From Vulcanimicrobiales bacterium (lineage in GTDB: Bacteria; Vulcanimicrobiota; Vulcanimicrobiia; Vulcanimicrobiales; Vulcanimicrobiaceae), in the NCBI GenBank assembly GCA_038215615.1, contig JBBQQR010000001.1, positions 1-64,000 of the forward strand: 64,000 nt of DNA, read 5' to 3'. Positions 56,662 through 64,000 of the stretch are shown piece after piece. The notes beneath the pieces were generated by a model that was given only the letters and a program-made list of their open reading frames with translations, did not search any database and was not told where the DNA came from. A program made the translations under genes and the position numbers. Each line of letters begins with the position of its first letter. Positions within the stretch are counted from its first letter, which is position 1.

Positions 56662-57549
56662 ATGCCGAAGACCGAACGCTGGCAGTGGTATGTCGAACAA
56701 TTCTCTCCCACCGAACAGCATCATCACGCCGTCGAGCGCGTGTACTACGCGGGCCGCTCGCAATTTCAAGATATAGGCATCATCGGCACGCCCGTTTTCG
56801 GGAAAATGCTCATTCTCGACGGCGATACGCAGAGCTCTCAAGCCGATGAAAAGATCTACCACGAGGCGCTCGTGCATCCCGCAATGGCCGGCGCCGGCGA
56901 TCGCGCTGATGTCTTAATCCTTGGCGGCGGCGAAGGCGCGACGCTGCGCGAAGTGTTGCGGCATCCCGGCGTACGGCGCGCCACCATGGTGGACATCGAC
57001 GGCGACGTCGTCGAACTTTCCAAACAGTATTTGCCCGAATGGTCCGCCGGTGCTTTTGAGGAGAAGCGCGCGCGCGTGATCGTCGGTGACGCGCTCAAAT
57101 TTTTGGCCGAAGACAAAGACCGCTACGGCGTGATCATCTCCGATCTGACCGAGCCGCTGGAAGACTCGCCGAGCAATCCGCTTTTTTGCGACGCCGTTTT
57201 TCGCGACATAAAAAACCGGCTCGCTCCGGGCGGCATCTACGTTCTGCAAGCGAGTACCGCGGGGTTCCACAACTTGTCGCTGCATGCGAAAATGGCGCGC
57301 ACGCTGCGAAAGTACTACAAAAACGTGGTCTCCTATTACACGCACGTGCCCGCATTCGACAACGATTGGGCGTTTATTGCCTGCAGTGATGACGTCGATC
57401 TCGCTCGCCTGGATGAAGGTGACATCGAGCCGTACTGTAGCGAGTTGCGCGGCGAGAATTTCTTCTACGACTCGCAGACGCATCGCCGCATTTTCGCCTT
57501 GCCGCTCTATCTGCGGCGCGCTCTGGCCGAATCCGGAGAGACGTTTTGA
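56662..57549 (+). CDS. speE: Polyamine aminopropyltransferase
   Basis: S.FQDI, LDG..QS...DE..YHE.LVHP, LGGGEGATLREVL, VDID. Confidence 0.92.
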   Translation: MPKTERWQWYVEQFSPTEQHHHAVERVYYAGRSQFQDIGIIGTPVFGKMLILDGDTQSSQADEKIYHEALVHPAMAGAGDRADVLILGGGEGATLREVLRHPGVRRATMVDIDGDVVELSKQYLPEWSAGAFEEKRARVIVGDALKFLAEDKDRYGVIISDLTEPLEDSPSNPLFCDAVFRDIKNRLAPGGIYVLQASTAGFHNLSLHAKMARTLRKYYKNVVSYYTHVPAFDNDWAFIACSDDVDLARLDEGDIEPYCSELRGENFFYDSQTHRRIFALPLYLRRALAESGETF

Positions 57550-57983
57550 GCTCGATCGATCAGGATTCGGTCCGGCGGCAGTGGGATAAGGAACGCTCGC
57601 ACTTCGTCGAGCTGCTCGATCTGAAGCTGGAAAGCGTCGACAAGGGCGCTGCGGTCATGCGCATGCCGTACCGTTCGCAGATTTCCAACGGCACGGGAGC
57701 CGTGCACGGCGGCGCGATCGTCAGTTTGTGCGACACCGTCTTTTACGTGGCGCTTGCGTCGCTCTACGGACGCGACCAAGATACGACGACGGCTTCACTC
57801 CAGTGCAACTTTCTGGCACCGGCGGTCGGTCCGCACGATCTCGTCGCGGAGGCAACCGTATTGCGAGCCGGACGGCGGATCTGCTACGGCGAAGTCACCG
57901 TGCGTTGCGGTGACAAAGTCGTGGCGCACTCTACGCTCAACTACTTGAACTCTTACGCGAGCGAGAAACCGGCAAAAAAATGA
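57546..57983 (+). CDS. PaaI family thioesterase
   Basis: N..G.VHGG....L.D hot-dog motif; GRR. Confidence 0.88.
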   Translation: MSSIDQDSVRRQWDKERSHFVELLDLKLESVDKGAAVMRMPYRSQISNGTGAVHGGAIVSLCDTVFYVALASLYGRDQDTTTASLQCNFLAPAVGPHDLVAEATVLRAGRRICYGEVTVRCGDKVVAHSTLNYLNSYASEKPAKK

Positions 57984-59083
57984 AACGTACTGCTCTTTAC
58001 GACGAGCACGTGAAACTGCGCGCCCGCCTGATTCCGTTCGGCGGTTTCGACATGCCCGTGCAATATCAAAGCATTTTGCAAGAACACGAAGCCGTGCGTA
58101 AAGCGGCGGGTCTTTTCGATCTTTCGCACATGGGACAGTTCATCTTGGAAGGCGACGGTGTGGCCGAATGGGCCGATGCGCTGACCGTGAATGCCGTTCC
58201 TACGATGAAACCGATGCAAGCGCGCTACAACATTTTTACGAACGCGCGCGGCGGCGCGCACGATGACGTTATTTTCTACCGCCTGGCCGATCGCTGGATG
58301 CTGGTCGTCAACGCCGGTAACGCCGACAAGATGTGGAAGCATCTCAACGATAACGCGGGCGGCTCGGGAGTGAAGCTGACGTCGCTGCACGGCCAGAACG
58401 CGCTGATCGCGATTCAGGGGCCGCGTTCGGCCGCCATGCTGCAGCCGCACACCGACGCCGACCTGAACGCGCTCAAATACTATTTTTGTTCCGAAGGCAG
58501 CGTCTACGGCAAGAAGGCCGTCATCGCACGGACCGGTTATACGGGAGAAGACGGTTTCGAACTCTTCGTCGATGGAGCCGACGCACCCGAGATATGGGCA
58601 AAGCTCTTGGGCGACAATGCGGGCAACGGCTTGATTGCGGCGGGTTTGGGAGCGCGCGATGTCTTGCGTTTGGAAGCGGGCATGCCGCTCTACGGCCACG
58701 AGCTCACCGAAGAGATCACGCCGCTGCAAGCGGGCTTAGCCTGGGTCATCAAGATGAGCAAGCCTGAGTTTCTCGGGAAAGCCGCCCTGGAAGAACAGCA
58801 AACCCGCGACGACTACCCGCGCATCGTAGGAATCGTGATGGACGGCCGGGCGCCCGCGCGCGAAGGCTACCATGTTTTTCTGGGCGAGAAGCGCGTGGGC
58901 GAGATCCGCAGCGGATCGATCGGGCCGTCGGTCGGGAACAAGAGCATCGGAACGGCGCTGGTTGAAAAGGAAGCCGCAACTCCCGGCACGGACGTAGTGG
59001 TTCACATTCGCGGGACCGCCTACGGCGCGAAAGTCGTGGAACTTCCATTCTATAAGAGGAGCTATAAAATTGGCGCAGCCTGA
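57980..59083 (+). CDS. gcvT: Glycine cleavage system aminomethyltransferase T
   Basis: GLFDLSHMG, ARTGYTGEDGFE, GLGARD.LRLEAGMPLYG. Confidence 0.96.
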   Translation: MKRTALYDEHVKLRARLIPFGGFDMPVQYQSILQEHEAVRKAAGLFDLSHMGQFILEGDGVAEWADALTVNAVPTMKPMQARYNIFTNARGGAHDDVIFYRLADRWMLVVNAGNADKMWKHLNDNAGGSGVKLTSLHGQNALIAIQGPRSAAMLQPHTDADLNALKYYFCSEGSVYGKKAVIARTGYTGEDGFELFVDGADAPEIWAKLLGDNAGNGLIAAGLGARDVLRLEAGMPLYGHELTEEITPLQAGLAWVIKMSKPEFLGKAALEEQQTRDDYPRIVGIVMDGRAPAREGYHVFLGEKRVGEIRSGSIGPSVGNKSIGTALVEKEAATPGTDVVVHIRGTAYGAKVVELPFYKRSYKIGAA

Positions 59084-59453
59084 CGGCCTGCTATACAGCA
59101 AAGAACACGAGTGGGTGAAGATCGACGGCGAGACCGCGACGGTCGGAATCACCGGCTACGCGCAAGATTCGCTTGGCGACATCGTCTACGTTGAGTTACC
59201 CAAAGCCGGCAAAGAGGTCGCGCAGTTTGCGGCGGTCGGCGTCGTCGAATCGGTGAAGGCTGTTTCCGACTTGTTTACGCCTATTGGCGGTGAGGTTACC
59301 GAGATCAATACCGGGCTGGAAAACGATCCGGCGCTGGTCAACCGCGAGCCGTTCGAAGGCGGCTGGCTCTTCAAAGTGAAGCTTTCGGGCGACGCGCAAA
59401 CGTCGGGGCTGATGTCGGCCGCCGACTACGAGAACTTCACTAAAGAAAGCTAA
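59070..59453 (+). CDS. gcvH: Glycine cleavage system protein H
   Basis: HEWV, GIT.YAQ..LGDIVYVELP, ESVKA lipoyl-Lys. Confidence 0.96.
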   Translation: MAQPDGLLYSKEHEWVKIDGETATVGITGYAQDSLGDIVYVELPKAGKEVAQFAAVGVVESVKAVSDLFTPIGGEVTEINTGLENDPALVNREPFEGGWLFKVKLSGDAQTSGLMSAADYENFTKES

Positions 59454-59456
59454 CAC

Positions 59457-60857
59457 TTGTACACGCCCCACACGGAACGCGACATCGCGCAGATGCTGCA
59501 GACGGTCGGCGTCGATTCGCTCGACGCGCTGTTGCGCGTCCCCGACGCAGTGAAGCTGCGCGAAAAACTCGAGGTCGTTCCGGCGCTGCCGGAAACCGGA
59601 ATCGTGAGCCGCTTCGAAGAGCTCGCCCGCATGAATCCGGGCGCCTCGTGCATTTCGTTCCTCGGCGCGGGCAGCTACCGGCACTACGCTCCGCCGGCAA
59701 TTAGCGCGCTGGCCATGCGCGGCGAATTTCTCACCGCCTACACGCCCTATCAGGCGGAAGTATCCCAAGGCTACCTGCAAGCGATTTACGAGTGGCAGAC
59801 GTACATCTGTTTGCTGACCGGAATGGATATCGCGAACGCTTCGGTGTACGACGGCGCGACCGCGCTGGCCGAAGCCGCAATCATGGCGCTCAATGAAAAC
59901 GGGCGGCAGAAGATCTTGGTTTCGCGCGCCATTCATCCGAATTATCGCGCGGTGCTCAAAACGTATTGCGACGGCCTGGACGTAACGATCGAAGAGCTGC
60001 CGGTCGCCGAGGACGGCACGACCGATCTCGGCGAGCTTGCGAGTCTAACCGCGACAAAAGAGTACGCGTGCGTCGCGCTGCAGTCGCCGAACTTTTTCGG
60101 CGTCATCGATACGCCCGGTTCGGCCGGGCAAGCCGCGCTCAAAGAGAGCGGCACCGTGTTGGTGGCGGTGATTGCCGAAGCGATGTCGCTCGGCGCACTG
60201 CAGCCTCCGTCGCAGTGGGGAGCGGGCATCGTCACGGGTGAAGCGCAGAGCTTCGGCGTGCCGGTTGCTTACGGCGGCCCATACGTTGGATTTATCGCGG
60301 CGACAAAAGAACATCTGCGCCGCATTCCGGGACGGCTGGCCGGTAAGACGGTTGATTCAAACGGCAAGGAAGGCTACGTTCTGACGCTGCAAGCGCGCGA
60401 ACAGCATATCCGCCGGGAGCGCGCGACTTCCAACATTTGTACCAACCAGGCGCATTGCGCGCTGATCGCCACGATCTATCTGGCGCTGGTCGGGAAAACC
60501 GGTCTGCGCGATGTCGCGGCGGCGAATCTGCAGCGCACGCGTGAGCTCGCGGCAGCGGTTGAGTCAATCGACGGCTGCTCGCTGAAATTTTCGGCGCCGA
60601 ATTTCAACGAAATCGTCGTCTGCGTGCATCAGCCTGCGCGGCACGCGCTGGCGAAGCTGGAGCAGCGGGGCATTTTAGGCGGAGTCGACCTCGGACGCTA
60701 CTATCCCGAGTACGACAATTGCATTTTGATGGCCGCCACGGAAATGACGACGTCGCGGGATATTCAAACCTTGGCCAAAGCGCTGCACGAGGTCGTCCAT
60801 GTCCACACCTCGACCCGCTCAGGGCCGGCTGCGTCGGATGAAACTGTCAATGTCTGA
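59457..60857 (+). CDS. gcvPA: Glycine dehydrogenase subunit 1
   Basis: FLGAG.Y, TAYTPYQAEVSQG.LQ, NASVYDG, REQHIRRERATSNICTN. Confidence 0.95.
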   Translation: MYTPHTERDIAQMLQTVGVDSLDALLRVPDAVKLREKLEVVPALPETGIVSRFEELARMNPGASCISFLGAGSYRHYAPPAISALAMRGEFLTAYTPYQAEVSQGYLQAIYEWQTYICLLTGMDIANASVYDGATALAEAAIMALNENGRQKILVSRAIHPNYRAVLKTYCDGLDVTIEELPVAEDGTTDLGELASLTATKEYACVALQSPNFFGVIDTPGSAGQAALKESGTVLVAVIAEAMSLGALQPPSQWGAGIVTGEAQSFGVPVAYGGPYVGFIAATKEHLRRIPGRLAGKTVDSNGKEGYVLTLQAREQHIRRERATSNICTNQAHCALIATIYLALVGKTGLRDVAAANLQRTRELAAAVESIDGCSLKFSAPNFNEIVVCVHQPARHALAKLEQRGILGGVDLGRYYPEYDNCILMAATEMTTSRDIQTLAKALHEVVHVHTSTRSGPAASDETVNV

Positions 60858-62319
60858 TCATACCGCTTCGCCGCTCATTTTTGAGTCCGGTCAGGACGGC
60901 CGGGCCAATCGTTACTTCGAACGCGGAAAGGGTTTAGATCAATTCTTGCCGCGCGAAGTCTTGCGCGCCGACCTGCCGATTCCCGACAACAGCGAAATGG
61001 ACGTCGTGCGTCACTTTACGCGGCTTTCGCAGCGCACGTTCGGAATCGACGTTGGGTTTTATCCGCTGGGCTCGTGCACGATGAAATACAATCCGCGCGT
61101 CAACGATGCGATGGCGAACCTTCCGGGGCTGCGCGACCTGCATCCATACACTCCCGACGCACAAGCGCAAGGCGCCCTGCGGATCATGTGGGAGCTCGAG
61201 CGCAGTCTGTCCTCGCTCTTCGGTATGGCGGCGTTTTCGCTCAATCCGTCCGCGGGCGCCCATGCTGAACTCGCGGCGTTGCTGATCGCGAAGGCGTACT
61301 TCAAGAGTCGTGGCGAGACCAAGCGCGACAAAGTCATCGTTCCGGACACGGCGCACGGCACCAATCCCGCTTCGGCGGCGATGTGCGGTTTCAAAGTCAT
61401 CTCGCTAAAGAGCGACAAACGCGGACGCGTCAGTGTCGACGAAGTCAAGAAAGTGCTGGGCGACGATACAGCGGTCGTGATGATGACCAACCCCAACACG
61501 CTGGGCCTCTTCGAAGATCACGTGCACGAGATAACGCGCGCGGTCCACGGAGCCGGCGGCTTGTGCTATTACGACGGCGCAAACGCCAATGCGCTGATGG
61601 GCAACGCGCGGCCGGGCGACATGGGCTTCGATCTCATGCATCTCAACCTGCACAAGACGTTTACGATTCCGCACGGCGGCGGCGGCGCCGGTTCGGGTCC
61701 GCTCGGCGTCGCGAAGCATTTGGTCGATTTCTTGCCGACGCCGTACGTTCGGAAGAAGAACGACGCGTTTGTATTAGATTTCGACATGCCCAAGAGCATT
61801 GGCCCAATGCGGTCGTTCTGGTCGAACTTCGCGCACATCGTGCGCGCGCTCGCATACGTGTACGCCAACGGCGCTGAAGGGCTGACGAAAGTTTCGCAAC
61901 TTGCGGTCCTCAATGCGAACTATCTGCGCGTCAAAATCCGCGAATTCTTGGAGACGCCGTACGACGAGATTTGCCGGCACGAGTTCGTGGCGTCGGCGCA
62001 GGCACTGAAGAAAGAGACCGGCGTGCGCGCGCTCGACATAGCCAAGGCTCTGCTCGACCGCGGCTATATGGCGCCGACGATGTACTTCCCGCTGATCGTT
62101 CCCGAATGTCTGATGATCGAGCCGACCGAGACGGAGTCAAAAGAAACGCTCGACGCATTCGTTGATGCGCTGCGCGATATAGTCGAAACGGCGAAGGGCG
62201 AACCGGAGAAGATTTTAGCCGCGCCGATAACCACGGTCGTCGGTCGGCTCGACGAAACGCGCGCCGCCCGCGAACCCGATTTGCGGTGGCGCCCACGATC
62301 GAGCCCAGCTAAAGCCTGA
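60850..62319 (+). CDS. gcvPB: Glycine dehydrogenase subunit 2
   Basis: PLGSCTMKYNP, AHGTNPASA, HLNLHKTFTIPHGGGG PLP-Lys, MIEPTETES; ATG 60850. Confidence 0.95.
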   Translation: MSDHTASPLIFESGQDGRANRYFERGKGLDQFLPREVLRADLPIPDNSEMDVVRHFTRLSQRTFGIDVGFYPLGSCTMKYNPRVNDAMANLPGLRDLHPYTPDAQAQGALRIMWELERSLSSLFGMAAFSLNPSAGAHAELAALLIAKAYFKSRGETKRDKVIVPDTAHGTNPASAAMCGFKVISLKSDKRGRVSVDEVKKVLGDDTAVVMMTNPNTLGLFEDHVHEITRAVHGAGGLCYYDGANANALMGNARPGDMGFDLMHLNLHKTFTIPHGGGGAGSGPLGVAKHLVDFLPTPYVRKKNDAFVLDFDMPKSIGPMRSFWSNFAHIVRALAYVYANGAEGLTKVSQLAVLNANYLRVKIREFLETPYDEICRHEFVASAQALKKETGVRALDIAKALLDRGYMAPTMYFPLIVPECLMIEPTETESKETLDAFVDALRDIVETAKGEPEKILAAPITTVVGRLDETRAAREPDLRWRPRSSPAKA

Positions 62320-62337
62320 CCGGGCACCGCTCTTCCC

Positions 62338-62814
62338 GTGGAGGCGCAGCGCGGAACGAGCCTGATCGAAGTGCTGCTCACCGTTGCGATTCTCGCGATG
62401 CTTTGGGCGATCGCGTCGATGAGTTTCGGCAACCGCGCATTTGAGACGCGATCCGCCGCGACGATCTTCGATGCACAACTTGCGCACGCGCGCGCAATTG
62501 CATCAACGGCCGGCGGGACGGCGACGCTAAGCTTCGCGATCGCGCCAAGCGGGAGTGGGACGGTCGTCTCGATCTCGCCCGCAGATGCGCCGCCCGAGAC
62601 GCTGCGCGCCGACGTCTCCGAGCGGACTCTGGGGAATCCGCCCTTCACGATTACGGTCGATGCCTACGGCCGCGCCGTGGCTCCCCAGCCCTGCCCGACC
62701 CAGGGCGGCTACACCCTCACGTTTTCCGCCGGGCCCGCCTCAGAGAGTCGCTTGCTTTCCTGCCCGGCCTCGGCCGCCGGGCCGCCGGAACCGGTTGGAA
62801 CCGTCCCTCCGTAG
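62338..62814 (+). CDS. Prepilin-type N-terminal cleavage/methylation protein (FimT/GspH-like)
   Basis: QRG-TSLIEVLLTVAIL class III signal with E+5. Confidence 0.8.
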   Translation: MEAQRGTSLIEVLLTVAILAMLWAIASMSFGNRAFETRSAATIFDAQLAHARAIASTAGGTATLSFAIAPSGSGTVVSISPADAPPETLRADVSERTLGNPPFTITVDAYGRAVAPQPCPTQGGYTLTFSAGPASESRLLSCPASAAGPPEPVGTVPP

Positions 62815-62912
62815 CAGGCTCTTCTTGGGGCCGTCGGCTATAATCGAAGTAATAGGAGGCGACCCAGCGGGGGCGCCTTTCCGGTCCTCTAGGGGTTCTT
62901 TAGGGGCTAACG

Positions 62913-63392
62913 ATGCGAATCAAATTCGAGGTTTCGGCGGGCGGTCTCGTGCTCCGGCGGCGCGAGTCGGCCTACGATGCTTTGCTCATCGGGCGAGGCA
63001 CGCCGCGTGTCTGGACGCTGCCAAAGGGTCACGTTGAAGTGCGGGAATCCCACGAGCAAGCCGCCTTGCGCGAGGTCCGCGAGGAGACCGGCTGCTGGGC
63101 CGAGATCATCACCAAGATCAACGACATCTCGTACTGGTTTTACCTCAACCACCTCAAGCATAAGAAGTCCGTGACGTTTTACCTGATGCGCTATCTCTCC
63201 GGGGATACTGCGAATCACGATCATGAAGTCGACGAAGCCCGCTGGTTCGAAGTTGGGGCCGCGAAGCGAGCGCTCAAGTACGTCAACGAGAAGCGGCTGA
63301 TCGATATAGCCCAGGATTACCTGTTGGCCCATCCCACCGAGTTTGGCGATATTCCGGTTGTCGCGAGGGTTGCCGAGCAGCGTACCTCGTAA
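62913..63392 (+). CDS. NUDIX hydrolase (Ap4A hydrolase-like)
   Basis: SAGG.V, W.LPKGHVE..ES..QAALREVREETG Nudix box. Confidence 0.93.
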   Translation: MRIKFEVSAGGLVLRRRESAYDALLIGRGTPRVWTLPKGHVEVRESHEQAALREVREETGCWAEIITKINDISYWFYLNHLKHKKSVTFYLMRYLSGDTANHDHEVDEARWFEVGAAKRALKYVNEKRLIDIAQDYLLAHPTEFGDIPVVARVAEQRTS

Positions 63393-63401
63393 AGTAGCTC
63401 C

Positions 63402-64000
63402 GTGACCGATTCGGGCGCCCCGGCCGTCTTACAGCCTGACCAAAACGAACATGCACTCCGCGTTAGCGTTGCCAATTTTGACGGCCCGCTGGATCTGTTG
63501 CTACATCTGGTCAAAGAGAAGCAGCTCGACATCGCAACCGTCCCGCTTGCGTTAGTTGCGGAGCAGTTTCTCGAGTACGTTTCGATGATGCAAGCCGTCG
63601 ACGTTGAGGCCGCCGCCGAATATTTGGTCGTCGCCGCAACGCTGGTTTTCCTGAAGTCGCGCGCGCTGCTGCCGCCGATTCCCGCCGAGTTTCTGGAAGA
63701 GGGCGAATCGCCCGAAGAGGTCGAGGAGCGGCTGCGTCAGCGTCTCATCGCGTACTCGAAATACCGCGAGGTGGGCGAGGATCTGCGCCAGCGCCAGTTC
63801 GAGGCGTCGTCGTATTTCTTTCGCGACTTCGGCGATCCGCACGGCGAGCTGCGTCAGCGCTATCGCGTCGATCCCAACCGCCTCACGCACGCGTTTCTCA
63901 CGATGCTCCAAAGCGCGCGGCCCGAAAAGCGGACGATTGCGCGCGAGCGTTTGACGCTGGTCGCTTCGATGGATTACATCATGCGCCGGGTGCGCGAGCA
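63402..64000 (+). CDS. scpA: Segregation and condensation protein A, runs off the window
   Basis: NFDGPLDLLLHLV, AAEYLV.AATL..LKSR.LLP, RL..Y.KY. Confidence 0.92.
   Translation, partial: MTDSGAPAVLQPDQNEHALRVSVANFDGPLDLLLHLVKEKQLDIATVPLALVAEQFLEYVSMMQAVDVEAAAEYLVVAATLVFLKSRALLPPIPAEFLEEGESPEEVEERLRQRLIAYSKYREVGEDLRQRQFEASSYFFRDFGDPHGELRQRYRVDPNRLTHAFLTMLQSARPEKRTIARERLTLVASMDYIMRRVRE

Noticed and set aside
1..64000. CRISPR array, tRNA/rRNA, IS element or prophage
   Set aside because: No regularly spaced repeats, cloverleaf/rRNA signatures, transposase, integrase or phage structural genes were seen; intergenic gaps are short and mostly explained

Overview
GC-rich (roughly 60-65% by eye), gene-dense bacterial chromosomal segment with about 75 CDS. 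I see no rRNA, tRNA, CRISPR array, transposase or prophage. It combines outer-membrane/periplasmic proteins (beta-barrel, LolA-like) with Bacillota-like genes (rbgA, prp, pyrK, split gcvPA/gcvPB, chdC, scpA), which suggests a diderm Terrabacteria lineage such as Eremiobacterota/Vulcanimicrobiota (inference only). Core content: pyrKDFE, argS, rlmH, dprA, nrdR-dut-panE-chdC, comM, a sugar ABC transporter, kup, yraN-rnhB-rbgA-lepB x3-rplS-trmD, rplU-prp, sufB, speD-speE-gcvTHP and scpA. Most notable observations: (1) a translationally coupled array of three DUF4760-like paralogues with near-identical N-termini whose conserved start also supplies the preceding gene's stop; (2) an ECF sigma/anti-sigma/two-component/DUF4097/DUF6249 module with back-to-back SigW-type promoters and an unannotated 46-aa protein; (3) a recurring GG-N18/19-GAA (SigH-like) motif upstream of at least nine genes, often about 10 nt before the start codon; (4) probable non-canonical start codons; (5) tandem NrdR boxes over the nrdR promoter; (6) an Arg-rich uORF ahead of speD. 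Family names come from motif recognition, not database searches.
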